DNA of 64,000 nt from an uncultured Verrucomicrobiae bacterium (GTDB lineage Bacteria; Verrucomicrobiota; Verrucomicrobiia; Chthoniobacterales; UBA10450): assembly GCA_963726745.1 (NCBI GenBank), contig CAVSDR010000002.1, positions 1-64,000 on the forward strand, in the 5' to 3' direction. The position numbers were made by a program, and so were the translations under genes. Positions 53,979 through 63,362 of this stretch are shown in pieces; position 1 is the stretch's first letter, and the number at the start of each line of letters is the position of its first letter. A model generated the notes under the pieces. It did not search any database and was not told the origin of the DNA. It saw only the letters and a list, made by a program, of their open reading frames with translations.

Positions 53979-55079
53979 ATGAAATCCGATCGCCTTGGCC
54001 AGTTGCTCCTCACCGGTGTGCCCGGGACCGAACTCGATGCGGAAACGGCCGCGCTTTTCCGGCGCGTCCAACCCGGCGGCTTCATCCTTTTCGGCCGCAA
54101 CATCCAGAACGCGCCGCAGCTCCGGAAATTAATCGACGACCTGCGCTCCCTCAGCCACGCGGAGCCGATCATCACCATCGACCAGGAGGGCGGCCGGGTC
54201 TCGCGGCTGCGCCTCATCGGGAACGAGCCGCCAAACGCGCAGCAGCTCCGCGAAAAGGACGATGAAGCACTCGTTAGGGCACACGGCGAGATCACCGGCC
54301 AGCTCCTGCGCCTCTTCGGTTTCAATCTCGATCTTTGCCCGGTGCTCGATCTTTCCTTCGACGACGAGGCGGATAATTCCCTCCGCGGCCGCTGCTACGG
54401 GCGCGATGTCGCGCAGGTGGTGCGTTTAGCCGGCGCCTTCAACGAGGCCCTGCGCGCGCAAGGGATCGCGAGCTGCGGCAAACATTTTCCCGGCTACTCC
54501 GCGGCCGAGATCGATGCCCACCATGACTTGCCGAAGATCGAGCGCACCCGCGAGGAGTTGGAGGAGCACGAGCTCGCCGTCTTCCGCCAGTTTGCCGGCA
54601 AAGTAGACAGCATGATGATCTGTCACGGTTGGTATCCCTGCTTCGAGCCGGAGAAGCTGCCCGCCTCGCTCTCGCCGCGCGTGGTCACGCAGCTGCTGCG
54701 CGAGGAATTGCAATTCGACGGCCTGATCATGACCGACGACCTCGACATGGGCGCGATCTATAATGAATACGGCCTCGACGAAACCATCCGCCTCACGCTC
54801 GCGGCCGGGAACGATCTCGCGATGATTTGCCATCGGGTCCACGAGATCGGCCAGGCGCTCGACGTCCTCCGGACTTTGCCGGCAGCGCAGACCACGCGCG
54901 CACTCGAAAATGTCGCCCGCTGGAAGCAGCGCCTCGCGCCACCGGAAGCCTTCTCCGAGGAAAAATTCCGCGAGCTCGACGCGCGAGTTTGGGAGCTGCG
55001 CGTGGCCGTGCTCGGCGAGGAACGCGCCGCGGAACGCAGCCCGGAAGACGGCGCCCGCTCACCCGTGGAGGTCTATTAG
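53979..55079 (+). CDS. nagZ: GH3 beta-N-acetylhexosaminidase
   Basis: IDQEGGRVSR, KHFPG, DAHHDLP, TDDLDMGA. Confidence 0.85.
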   Translation: MKSDRLGQLLLTGVPGTELDAETAALFRRVQPGGFILFGRNIQNAPQLRKLIDDLRSLSHAEPIITIDQEGGRVSRLRLIGNEPPNAQQLREKDDEALVRAHGEITGQLLRLFGFNLDLCPVLDLSFDDEADNSLRGRCYGRDVAQVVRLAGAFNEALRAQGIASCGKHFPGYSAAEIDAHHDLPKIERTREELEEHELAVFRQFAGKVDSMMICHGWYPCFEPEKLPASLSPRVVTQLLREELQFDGLIMTDDLDMGAIYNEYGLDETIRLTLAAGNDLAMICHRVHEIGQALDVLRTLPAAQTTRALENVARWKQRLAPPEAFSEEKFRELDARVWELRVAVLGEERAAERSPEDGARSPVEVY

Positions 55080-55135
55080 CCAGCACTTTGGCGGGGCGAT
55101 TGACGGCCTCGCCCGCAACCCATAATCTTCGCGCG

Positions 55136-55837
55136 ATGCAACCGGAACTGGAGCAATTGCTGATCCTGCAAAATCGTGATCAGAAGATAAAACAGATCCA
55201 GACGGAGCTGAAAACGGTGCCGCTGCAGCGCGCGCAACTCGATGCACAATTGACCGCCGCCGCCGCCGACCTGGAGGCGCACAAGCTGGCCGCGAAGCAG
55301 GTGGAAGTGGAGCGCAAAAAGCTCGAGCTCGATGCCGGCACCCGCACCGATTCGATCAACCGCCTCAAGACCCAGCAGTATGAGACCCGGAAGAACGAGG
55401 AGTTCCGCGCCATGGGCAACGAGATCGAGCGTTACGGGAAGGAAATCGCGCAGATCGAGGACAAGGAACTCGAGCTCATGGAGCAGACCGATAAGCTCAA
55501 GGCCGAGATCGCGCTCGAGGAAAAGAAAGTCGCCGGCGCCCGCGAGATCGTGGCTGGCCAGATGAAAGATCTCGCAGCGAAACAGCAGGCGCTCGAGACC
55601 CAGCTCGCCGAGCTCCAGCAGGACCGCACCGGCCTCGCCGGGCAGATCGATGAGGACGTGCTCGAGCGTTACGACCGGCTCTTTGCCAGCAAAGGCAACG
55701 CCGCCGTCGTCGCCCTGGAGCATGAGGTCTGCACCGGCTGCCACATGAAGATCACCACCCAAACCGCCCACCGCGTCCGCAGCGGTAAAGAGCTCGTCAG
55801 CTGCGAGCAGTGCGGCCGCATCCTCTACGAAGGGTAG
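55136..55837 (+). CDS. Coiled-coil protein with C4 zinc ribbon (CT398/DUF164-like)
   Basis: Long coiled coil; CTGCHM...CEQCGRILY. Confidence 0.85.
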   Translation: MQPELEQLLILQNRDQKIKQIQTELKTVPLQRAQLDAQLTAAAADLEAHKLAAKQVEVERKKLELDAGTRTDSINRLKTQQYETRKNEEFRAMGNEIERYGKEIAQIEDKELELMEQTDKLKAEIALEEKKVAGAREIVAGQMKDLAAKQQALETQLAELQQDRTGLAGQIDEDVLERYDRLFASKGNAAVVALEHEVCTGCHMKITTQTAHRVRSGKELVSCEQCGRILYEG

Positions 55838-55843
55838 GGGAAG

Positions 55844-55969
55844 CTGTCATCCCGAGCGAGCGCAGCGCAGTCGAGGGATCCCGCAAGCCGCGTGCGGGAG
55901 GCAATCATCGGTAACTCGCGGGGTCCCTCGACGCCATTCCGCTGCGCTCCATTCCGCTCGGGATGACAG
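55844..55969. mobile_element. MITE/REP-like palindromic element
   Basis: 15-bp terminal inverted repeat CTGTCATCCCGAGCG / CGCTCGGGATGACAG plus inner GTCGAGGGA / TCCCTCGAC; lies between convergent genes. Confidence 0.7.
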
Positions 55970-56066
55970 GAAAACAGCCAGCGCGCTGGCGGCAGCTAAG
56001 CCCATCCTCCAGCAGGACTCTGAATCCGGTTCATCCTGAAAATCCCGTAAATCCTGTCTAGTTCGC

Positions 56067-57170
56067 TCAGACGTTAAACCGAAACTCCACCACGTCCCCG
56101 TCCCGCATCACGTATTCCTTGCCCTCGATCCGCAGCTTGCCCGCTTCCCGCGCCTTTGCCTGCGAGCCGAGCGCCACCAGGTCGTCGTAGTGCACCACTT
56201 CCGCGGCGATGAAGCCGCGCTCGAAATCGCCGTGGATCACCCCCGCCGCCGCCGGCGCCTTGTCGCCTTCGCGGATCGTCCAGGCCCGCGTTTCCTTCTC
56301 TCCCGTGGTCAGGTAAGTGCGCAGGCCTAACAAGTGGTAAACCGCGCGGATGAGCGCGCTCACCCCACTGCTCGCCACCCCGAGATCGCGCAAGTATTCC
56401 TGCGCCTCCGCTTCCGGCAGGTCGACCAGCTCGCTCTCAATTTGCGCGCTGATTACCACCGCCTCGCTCCCGAAATGCTGGCGCGCGTATTCCTCCACCG
56501 CCTTTACCTGCGGATGCTCCGCCGCCTGGGCCAGCTCGGCTTCGGCCACATTGCAGGCGAAGATCGTCGGCTTATCCGTGAGCAGGAAAAAATCGCGCGC
56601 GATCACCTTTTCGTCGTCGCTCAGCGGGGCGGTTATGGCCGGTTTGCCCGCGTCCAGGTGCGGGAGCAATTTCTCGATCACCGCGTGCTCCGCCTTGGCC
56701 GCCTTTGCGCCCATGCGCACTTCCTTTTGCAGCCGCTCGCGCCGCTTTTCCAGCGAGGCCAGGTCGGCCAGGACCAGTTCGGTGTTGATCACTTCGATAT
56801 CGCGCACCGGATCGATCGTCCCGCTCACGTGATGGATGTCGCCATCCTCAAAACAGCGCACCACCTGCACGATCGCGTTGACTTCGCGGATGTGGCTGAG
56901 GAATTGATTGCCCAGGCCTTCGCCCGCGCTCGCCCCTTTCACCAGGCCGGCGATGTCGACAAACTCGATCGCCGCCGGGATGATTTTCTGCGAGCCGGAG
57001 AGTTTACTCAGCACCTCGAGCCGCGCATCCGGCACCGTGACCACGCCCAGGTTTGGATCGATCGTGCAAAACGGATAATTCGCCGCCTGCGCTTTCCGCG
57101 TGCGCGTGACCGCGTTAAAGAGCGTGGATTTCCCCACGTTGGGCAGACCGACGATTCCAGCGCTGAGCAT
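56067..57170 (-). CDS. ychF: Redox-regulated ATPase YchF
   Basis: [39 protein letters not shown]. Confidence 0.96.
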   Translation of the reverse strand: MLSAGIVGLPNVGKSTLFNAVTRTRKAQAANYPFCTIDPNLGVVTVPDARLEVLSKLSGSQKIIPAAIEFVDIAGLVKGASAGEGLGNQFLSHIREVNAIVQVVRCFEDGDIHHVSGTIDPVRDIEVINTELVLADLASLEKRRERLQKEVRMGAKAAKAEHAVIEKLLPHLDAGKPAITAPLSDDEKVIARDFFLLTDKPTIFACNVAEAELAQAAEHPQVKAVEEYARQHFGSEAVVISAQIESELVDLPEAEAQEYLRDLGVASSGVSALIRAVYHLLGLRTYLTTGEKETRAWTIREGDKAPAAAGVIHGDFERGFIAAEVVHYDDLVALGSQAKAREAGKLRIEGKEYVMRDGDVVEFRFNV

Positions 57171-57260
57171 AAGGCGCGCACGCTACGGCGACCCGGCGCG
57201 GCTGGCAACCAGGAGGCCGCCGGCGAGCCCTGCCTTTCGCACCCCCCGGGGGAAACAACA

Positions 57261-57295
57261 AAACCGCGAGCGGCCCTGGGGCACACTCGCGGTTT
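57261..57295 (-). terminator. Putative terminator hairpin downstream of the 357-aa gene
   Basis: AAACCGCGAG...CTCGCGGTTT stem followed on the minus strand by TGTTGTTT. Confidence 0.55.
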
Positions 57296-57327
57296 GCTGG
57301 AAGAAGGATGCTCTTGCTGCCCGGTGC

Positions 57328-58401
57328 TTACACCAGCGCCGGAAGGCGGCTTCCATTCGCCTGCCCGTTCCCATGGCTCCCGGGCATGGTTAGGGAGGCC
57401 GCGGCCATGTTTGCCGGCGCACCTGCCGGGGCCAGTGCCTTGTTTGCGGTGGCCGCGTAGACCACCGGAGCGCTCGCCACCCCCTGGCGGCTCCCGTTCA
57501 CTGCCTGCACGATGAACTCCACCGCGGCCTCGTTAGGCACTTCCACCTGCGCCAGCGGCTCCTTTGTGCTCGCCACCAGCTTGTACTCACTCTGCACGCC
57601 GATGATGCGCATCCGGAAACGGTAGCGCGAGGCGAAAGGCGTGGCCTCGCAGCTTAGCAGCACCTGGTGCGTGTTCGCGCTGCCCTCCACCGCAGTCGCC
57701 CCGGTGGCCGCGCGCGCCGCGACCTCGAGTCCCGCCGGTTGCCCCGGGGTGGTCCGGTTTGCCGGCATCTCCAGGCCAAAGGCCAGCCACCGCGGATCAT
57801 CCGCCTTCAATAGTTGGCCCAGCACGCCCACCAGGAGGCGCATGAGCGAAGTTAACGCCTCCACCGCGCTGCCCCGGGCCACCCCTTTCTCCTCCAGCGC
57901 CGTATCCGCCGCCGCCGCCAGCGCGTGCCTCGAGACCGCCGCGTTGCGCAGCGCCGCGCCTGCTGCCGCCGTCACCCCCAGGGTGGGAGCCTCGTAGCCC
58001 GGTGTGCTCGTTAGGCAGTCGATCATCCGCAAGGCCAGCGCCAGGCGGTCGTTAATCGTCGCCGGGATGGCGATGCTGGGCGTGGTGAAACCCACCTGGG
58101 CCCACTGCCGGTTCCAGCGCTTGCCGAAGAAGGCACTCAGTGCGCCCGTCACCTTGCCCAGCCATCCAGTTAAGGCACTATCCGCCGCATGGAAGTTCGC
58201 GTAGGCCGTCTCCTGCGCACTGCGGGCCGCGTTAAAGTTCCGATCCGCCAGGACCAGCGCATCCGTGGCCGCCTTCATCTGCGGGGCGTCCACTTGTTTT
58301 AGGTCCAGCGTGGTCCCGTAGGTTACCAGGCCCTGCTCCATTTCTCCGCCCAGCACCACCAGGTCGGCGATCGTTCTCGGTATTTGACTGTAGTATTTCA
58401 T
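57328..58401 (-). CDS. Hypothetical protein: helical N-terminus + FN3-like C-terminal domain
   Basis: 357-aa ORF; PGQPAGL...YRFR...FIVQAVNGS...AS resembles an FN3 beta-sandwich. Confidence 0.65.
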   Translation of the reverse strand: MKYYSQIPRTIADLVVLGGEMEQGLVTYGTTLDLKQVDAPQMKAATDALVLADRNFNAARSAQETAYANFHAADSALTGWLGKVTGALSAFFGKRWNRQWAQVGFTTPSIAIPATINDRLALALRMIDCLTSTPGYEAPTLGVTAAAGAALRNAAVSRHALAAAADTALEEKGVARGSAVEALTSLMRLLVGVLGQLLKADDPRWLAFGLEMPANRTTPGQPAGLEVAARAATGATAVEGSANTHQVLLSCEATPFASRYRFRMRIIGVQSEYKLVASTKEPLAQVEVPNEAAVEFIVQAVNGSRQGVASAPVVYAATANKALAPAGAPANMAAASLTMPGSHGNGQANGSRLPALV

Positions 58402-58559
58402 ATTTAGATGGGGCCTTGTTCTAGCAGCCCCAGTGCCAATGGTGGTTCGTTAGGTAGAAACTTTTTTTTGGGCCACCAGGGAAACTCCCTTCCTCGGCGA
58501 ACTCACCGGGCTTCGTTTCCCTGGGCGGCAGGCAGCACTTTCTTCCAGTGCATTTCTTT

Positions 58560-58652
58560 CCCGGGTGAAAACGGAATCCATTTCGCCTCGGAATTCTGTT
58601 CCCGGGTGAAAACGGAATCCGTTTCGCCTCGGAATTCCGTTCCCGGGTGAAA
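58560..58652. repeat. 41-bp tandem direct repeat (2 copies + partial third)
   Basis: CCCGGGTGAAAACGGAATCC(A/G)TTTCGCCTCGGAATTC(T/C)GTT starts at 58560 and 58601; partial copy at 58642. Confidence 0.85.
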
Positions 58653-58697
58653 ATAGACCTCTTCTCTACCGGGAATTGCCCCGGATACCGTCGCGGC

Positions 58698-58894
58698 GTC
58701 CTCGCTCACTTGAAAGGCGACTACCGCCTCATGGCCCCCTTTTATATGGCAGTGGCCTGCGCCTCCTCGAAATGGACATGGCCCCGAAAGGGGTGAGCAC
58801 CGGGGACGGTGCGAATCAATGCGTTCGCCTGCGCATTAAAGACGTTGACCTCGGGTATCTCCAGCTCACCATCCGCGACGGCAAAGGTGGGCGG
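58698..58894 (+). pseudogene. intI: Integron-integrase-like tyrosine recombinase fragment
   Basis: VLAHLKGDYRLMA / LLYGSGLRLLE-[16-aa insert]-CVRLRIKDVDLGYLQLTIRDGKGG; frameshifted and truncated at both ends. Confidence 0.7.
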
Positions 58895-58978
58895 CGCGCA
58901 TCGCGAGGGCCTGCCGGTGCAGCCAGGAACTCCGCGTCTTCGGGTTCGATCCACAGTCATGAGGCCTCCGGAGCGCCA

Positions 58979-59087
58979 GCCTAACCAGGAGATGGAGCGA
59001 ACGGCGGACCGCTGTGCGCGCCACCTTTGAGAGGACTTCCATACTTTTTCTCCGAGCAACGCGCACCCTCGCCCGCCGTCGCATCAC
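58979..59087 (+). other. Truncated attC-like site
   Basis: Starts with GCCTAAC (RYYYAAC). ATGGAGCGAACGGCGG pairs imperfectly with CCGCCGTCGCATCA with unpaired bases. The terminal GTTRRRY is missing. Confidence 0.55.
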
Positions 59088-59501
59088 AGCGCCTTCGCCG
59101 AGATCGACCGCGAAACGAATCAAACGGCAATTGCTTTTGTGACCTCGCGTATCGCACGCAGCCGAGATTCCGGACGGTCTTCGACATGACGACGCAGCTA
59201 ACCAGGCGATAATATAGAGAACTGCCTGTCCGCTCCGCTGTTCGCAGCTGGGCTCTTGCAATCATAAAGGACAGGCGGACGAACAGAAGAATGCGGGGCC
59301 TGATATTCCTCGGAGACAATTCTAGCAGGCGAGAAATAAAATTTCCGAGGGTTCCCATTCCGGCGCCCGGCGGCGGCACGCCATCCGCGACGTCACGAGT
59401 GACCACTAACGGGAGAATTTGGCTTGCCGCAGGCGGGGGAGCTGAGTTGAATCGGGCCCGATTAGTTCCTAACCCATCAATAGACACTCGAGGTAAACCT
59501 T

Positions 59502-60326
59502 ATGAATCTTGGTTGCAGCAAATTTCCCGCTATCTTTTCAGTCTTCTTCTTTCTCGTGACCGGTGGCGCGATGCGGTCATCGGCCACAACGGTGCTCTAC
59601 GACAACTTCAATCGCAGCGGGGCGCTCAACGGGACTGCGCCGACGATTAATAACGGCCAGACGTGGACTGCTACGGGCGCTTTTTCGACGGACGGCACCC
59701 GGGTAGTGGGCGCGGGAGCTTTTCTGCAGGCGGCCTATCTTCCTCTGCCCACCGCGATCCAGTCGGGGTTCGTCTACACGCTTTCGGCGACGGTTTACTT
59801 CAATCCGGCCACGAACGACAACACTGGGTTCATGTTGATCGGGTTTTTCGATAGCACTCCCTCCTGGGATGGGAGCACGACTTATGATGGTGGACGGACC
59901 ATCGGGATGGGCCCGAGGAGCGGCGTAAATTCGGTAGCGGACGCGCGTGATGGTCATACTCATCCCTCGGACATTGCTTCCCCTGACGGAACGAACGGCG
60001 TCACTTTTGGACTTCGGTTAGCCGAATCGGCGCCTAACGTATGGATGGCAGACGTGCTGGAGCTGGCGCCCAATAGCCGGGTGCTGACAGCGATAGCACC
60101 ATATACTTCGACGCCAGTCTCCGTTTCCCAAATCGCAACCATCGGATTGCTCTCCGCTTCCACCAACTCGCCGTTCATCGATAACTTCACGTTGGACGTC
60201 TCGCCGGCCGTCCCGGAGCCCGGCACAGTCGCCCTAGTCTTAGGCGGGGCGATGGTCGTCATCGTATCAAAGAAGATGCGATTAACCTCCAAGGCCGCCA
60301 GGGAGCGTGGCGCCGCCGAGTCTTAA
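59502..60326 (+). CDS. PEP-CTERM exported protein
   Basis: Signal peptide; Thr/Ser/Asn-rich body; AVPEPGTVALVLGGAMVVIVSKKMR. Confidence 0.85.
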   Translation: MNLGCSKFPAIFSVFFFLVTGGAMRSSATTVLYDNFNRSGALNGTAPTINNGQTWTATGAFSTDGTRVVGAGAFLQAAYLPLPTAIQSGFVYTLSATVYFNPATNDNTGFMLIGFFDSTPSWDGSTTYDGGRTIGMGPRSGVNSVADARDGHTHPSDIASPDGTNGVTFGLRLAESAPNVWMADVLELAPNSRVLTAIAPYTSTPVSVSQIATIGLLSASTNSPFIDNFTLDVSPAVPEPGTVALVLGGAMVVIVSKKMRLTSKAARERGAAES

Positions 60327-60423
60327 GGTCGCGCTGGCCGACCAGACATCTGGGCGGGGCGTGTGCCCTTGCCCTGTCTCCGTCCTTGATGGCATCCTCC
60401 TCACCATGCGGCGAGAGAAACGC

Positions 60424-60483
60424 ACCGAACCAGGCATTGCAGCGAACGGCGGGACCGCGGTGCACGCCACTTTCGACGATGAC
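60424..60483 (+). other. Degenerate left half of a second attC-like site
   Basis: ACCGAACCAGGCATTGCAGCGAACGGCGGGACCGCGGTGCACGCCACTTT is similar to 58979-59030. Confidence 0.45.
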
Positions 60484-60526
60484 GGCAACCCATTGATAGG
60501 ATCGCGTCTGCCGAGACTCGCGCGCC

Positions 60527-62854
60527 TTACCGATCCAGCCGCACAAAGAGGAGGCGCAGGCTGTTGAGCACGACGACGACGGTGCTGCCTTCGTGCGCGA
60601 CGACGCCTAACGAGAGCGGGATGCCGCGGGTGAGGGCGAGCAGCGCCATCACCAGCACGGTTCCGAGGGCGACGGCGATATTCTGGCCGATGATGCGTTT
60701 GGCGCGGCGGCTCAACTCGAAGGCGATGGCAAAATTCTCCAGCCGATCTTTCATTAAGACCACTTCGGCCTGCTCCATGGCAGCATCGGAAGCGCGCGCG
60801 CCCATGGCCACGCCGACATCGGCGGCCGCGAGGCAGGGAGCGTCGTTCACGCCGTCGCCGATCATCGCCAGCTTGCCGCCTCTTTTTTTCAACTCCTGGA
60901 CGGCGCTGACTTTTTGCCCGGGAGAAAGCTCGGCCCGCACGTCTTCCACCCCAGCTTCGCGGGCGATCAATTCCGCGGTCGCGCGGCGATCTCCCGTGAG
61001 CATGACGGTGTGCATCCCGAGGCGACCGAGCCGCGCGATCAAGGCGGCGGCTTCCGGCCGCAAACGGTCGCGCAGGAGCAGCCGCCCGCAGAGCCCCGGG
61101 CCGCCGATCCAGACCTCGGCGACATCGTGTTCCTGGGCCGCGGCAGCATCGCAGGACTGCCCGATGCGCTCGCGCACGAAGGCCCGGCTGCCAAGGGCAA
61201 AAAGCTGACCGCGCCGGCGTGCGCTGATCCCGCCGCCGGGGAGCGAATCCGCGTGGCTGAATTCCTCGGTCGCGAGTTGCCGCCGGAGGCCGATTTTCTC
61301 GATCGCGCGGGAGAGGGGATGGTGCGAGAGGCGGGCCAGATTAAAGGCGGCCGCGAAGAGCGCCTCTTCGGTGCCGCTAAAAGCCTCGAGCCTAACGAGT
61401 GCGGGCAGGCCCTCGGTGAGCGTGCCGGTTTTATCGAGCGCGACCGTGCGGACATCCGCCAGGGTCTCAATGGCCGCGCCGCCGCGGAAGAGCACGCCGC
61501 GCCGTGCCCCGGAGGCGATAGCCGACAAGATGGCGGAGGGAACGCTGAGGACGAGCGCGCAGGGCGACATGACCACGAGCAAGGTCATCGCCCGGTAGAA
61601 CGCGCTCGGTTGCCCGCTGGCGTGCTGGAAGGGCGACCAGCCAAGAACGAGCCAGCCGACGAGAAAGAAGGCCGCGGCGGAGAGGAGCACGAGGTAGGTG
61701 TAGCCGGTGCCAAAGCGATCGCTAAAGCGCTGCGAGGGCGCCTTGAAATGTTGCGCCTGCTCGATCAGGTAGACGATCTTTTGCAGCGCGCTTTCCCTGG
61801 CCGGCCGCAGCACTGCGCCATCGAGCACACCCCAGACATTCAAGGTGCCGGCCAGCGCGAGATCGCCCGGCGCCTTCGGCATCGGGCGGGATTCGCCGGT
61901 TAAATTCGACTCGTCGCAGGCGCTTTCGCCGCGGGTGATGCGGAAGTCGACCGGCACCTGCTCGCCCGCTTTCACCCGCACCTGCATCCCCGGTTCCAAG
62001 GCGTCAACCGCGCGCTCGCTCTCCTCGCCGTTAACGAGGACGGTTGCGGTCTTGGGCGCGCCACGGAGGAGTGCGCCGATCTCGCGCTGGGTGCGCGCCC
62101 CCGCGAAATGTTCCATCGCGCCGGAGGCCGAGAAGAGGAAGAGCAGCAGCGCCCCTTCTGCGTAGGCACCGATCGCGGCCGCCCCAAGCGCGACCGCGAG
62201 CATGAGGAAATGAATCTCCAACTCGCCGCGCCGCAGGCGTGCCCAGGATTCAATCGCCGCATCCCAGGCGCCGGAGAGATAGCTTAGGGCGAAAAGAGAC
62301 AGCACGATGGCCGGCGCGGCCTGCAGGCGTTGCGCCGCGAGCGCGCCGAGACCGGAGAGGAGACAGGCGAGCGAGAGCCAGGCGAGCTGCTTCCACTCAT
62401 CGGGGTCGGCATCCGGCCCGCTGTGGCCGCAACAACTGCCGGCCCGGTCCGGCCGCGGCCAGCGGAGCTTGTTCCACTGCCAAAATCCGACCGCGGTGCG
62501 GCAGGTCAATTTCTCGATGACGGTGTTCCCGAGCACGTCCTTGACCACGACGTTGGCGTTCCCGACCTGGCGCGATGGCGCTTCGCCGCACTGGGCGCAG
62601 AGACCTTGGGAATCGAGGACGCCGCAGCCTTGCTCGCGCCCGGCCACGGCCTCGCTCACGCGTTCCGCGATGCGCTGCCCGCGGTCGTCCCCGAGCGTGG
62701 CCACGGAGAGCAGTTGGTTCTTCGATTGAAACGCGACCGCTTCGAGCTGCGGCTCTTCGCTCATCAAGCGGGCGACTTTCCGAACCACGCACGATCCATC
62801 CGCGCGCGCGACCGGCGGGCGGGGACTGGTTTGAGACTCGGAGTCGTCCGGCAT
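60527..62854 (-). CDS. Heavy-metal P1B-type ATPase (P1B-4-like motifs) with Cys-rich N-terminus
   Basis: LTGES, VVMSPCAL, DKTGTLT, GDGVNDAP, HEGST; the real start is likely ATG at 62854. Confidence 0.9.
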   Translation of the reverse strand: MPDDSESQTSPRPPVARADGSCVVRKVARLMSEEPQLEAVAFQSKNQLLSVATLGDDRGQRIAERVSEAVAGREQGCGVLDSQGLCAQCGEAPSRQVGNANVVVKDVLGNTVIEKLTCRTAVGFWQWNKLRWPRPDRAGSCCGHSGPDADPDEWKQLAWLSLACLLSGLGALAAQRLQAAPAIVLSLFALSYLSGAWDAAIESWARLRRGELEIHFLMLAVALGAAAIGAYAEGALLLFLFSASGAMEHFAGARTQREIGALLRGAPKTATVLVNGEESERAVDALEPGMQVRVKAGEQVPVDFRITRGESACDESNLTGESRPMPKAPGDLALAGTLNVWGVLDGAVLRPARESALQKIVYLIEQAQHFKAPSQRFSDRFGTGYTYLVLLSAAAFFLVGWLVLGWSPFQHASGQPSAFYRAMTLLVVMSPCALVLSVPSAILSAIASGARRGVLFRGGAAIETLADVRTVALDKTGTLTEGLPALVRLEAFSGTEEALFAAAFNLARLSHHPLSRAIEKIGLRRQLATEEFSHADSLPGGGISARRRGQLFALGSRAFVRERIGQSCDAAAAQEHDVAEVWIGGPGLCGRLLLRDRLRPEAAALIARLGRLGMHTVMLTGDRRATAELIAREAGVEDVRAELSPGQKVSAVQELKKRGGKLAMIGDGVNDAPCLAAADVGVAMGARASDAAMEQAEVVLMKDRLENFAIAFELSRRAKRIIGQNIAVALGTVLVMALLALTRGIPLSLGVVAHEGSTVVVVLNSLRLLFVRLDR

Positions 62855-62922
62855 CCGCGGGCAAGGATACGCAGCCGCGAGGACCGCTCTAGTGAAAAGC
62901 GGGGCGGACGCGGGCGAAAAGA

Positions 62923-62996
62923 TCGGGCCGGCGAGATTTGAACTCGCGACCTCTTGAACCCCATTCAAGCGCACTACCAAGCTGTGCTACGGCCCG
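62923..62996 (-). tRNA. tRNA-Pro (anticodon GGG)
   Basis: Reverse complement CGGGCCGTAGCACAGCTTGGTAGTGCGCTTGAATGGGGTTCAAGAGGTCGCGAGTTCAAATCTCGCCGGCCCGA folds as a cloverleaf. Confidence 0.95.
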
Positions 62997-63076
62997 TTTT
63001 CGGTCGCGCACTATCAGCTTGGGCCGCCGCAGTTGCCAAGCGAAGTTTTTGCCGCGGTCTGCCGCGCTCGGCTGCG

Positions 63077-63265
63077 CTAGAAATTCGTGCCGGTCTGGCG
63101 CGCGCCGTTGGTCTTCCAGGTCGAGCTGGTGCTCGCGGGCGCCCCGGTCGTGGCGGTGGTTTTCTTCGCCGAAGTCGTGGTCGTGGTGGTGGTCGTGGGC
63201 GTTTCGCAGCTCGTGAGCGCCACGGCGGCAGCGGTGAGGAGGAGGGAAGAGATGATTTTTTGCAT
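63077..63265 (-). CDS. Small Thr-rich lipoprotein (62 aa)
   Basis: MQKIISSLLLTAAAVALTSC lipobox followed by a poly-Thr tract. Confidence 0.7.
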   Translation of the reverse strand: MQKIISSLLLTAAAVALTSCETPTTTTTTTTSAKKTTATTGAPASTSSTWKTNGARQTGTNF

Positions 63266-63362
63266 CGGCGAGGGATAAGGAGACGCCGCGAATCTGTCAA
63301 TCTTCCTGGAGGTCGCGCCCGCCGATTGCCCCGGCGCACTTCCGCGCCATCCTTAGCCGCAC

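Noticed and set aside
58560..58652. CRISPR mini-array
   Set aside because: Head-to-tail 41-bp repeats without spacers.
60527..62980. 817-aa ATPase start as given in the ORF track
   Set aside because: The extension runs through tRNA-Pro; the ATG at 62854 is more plausible.
57200..62996. tRNA-Pro-anchored genomic island
   Set aside because: I found no duplicated tRNA 3' end (att) and no intact integrase. The same holds for tRNA-Arg at 26780.
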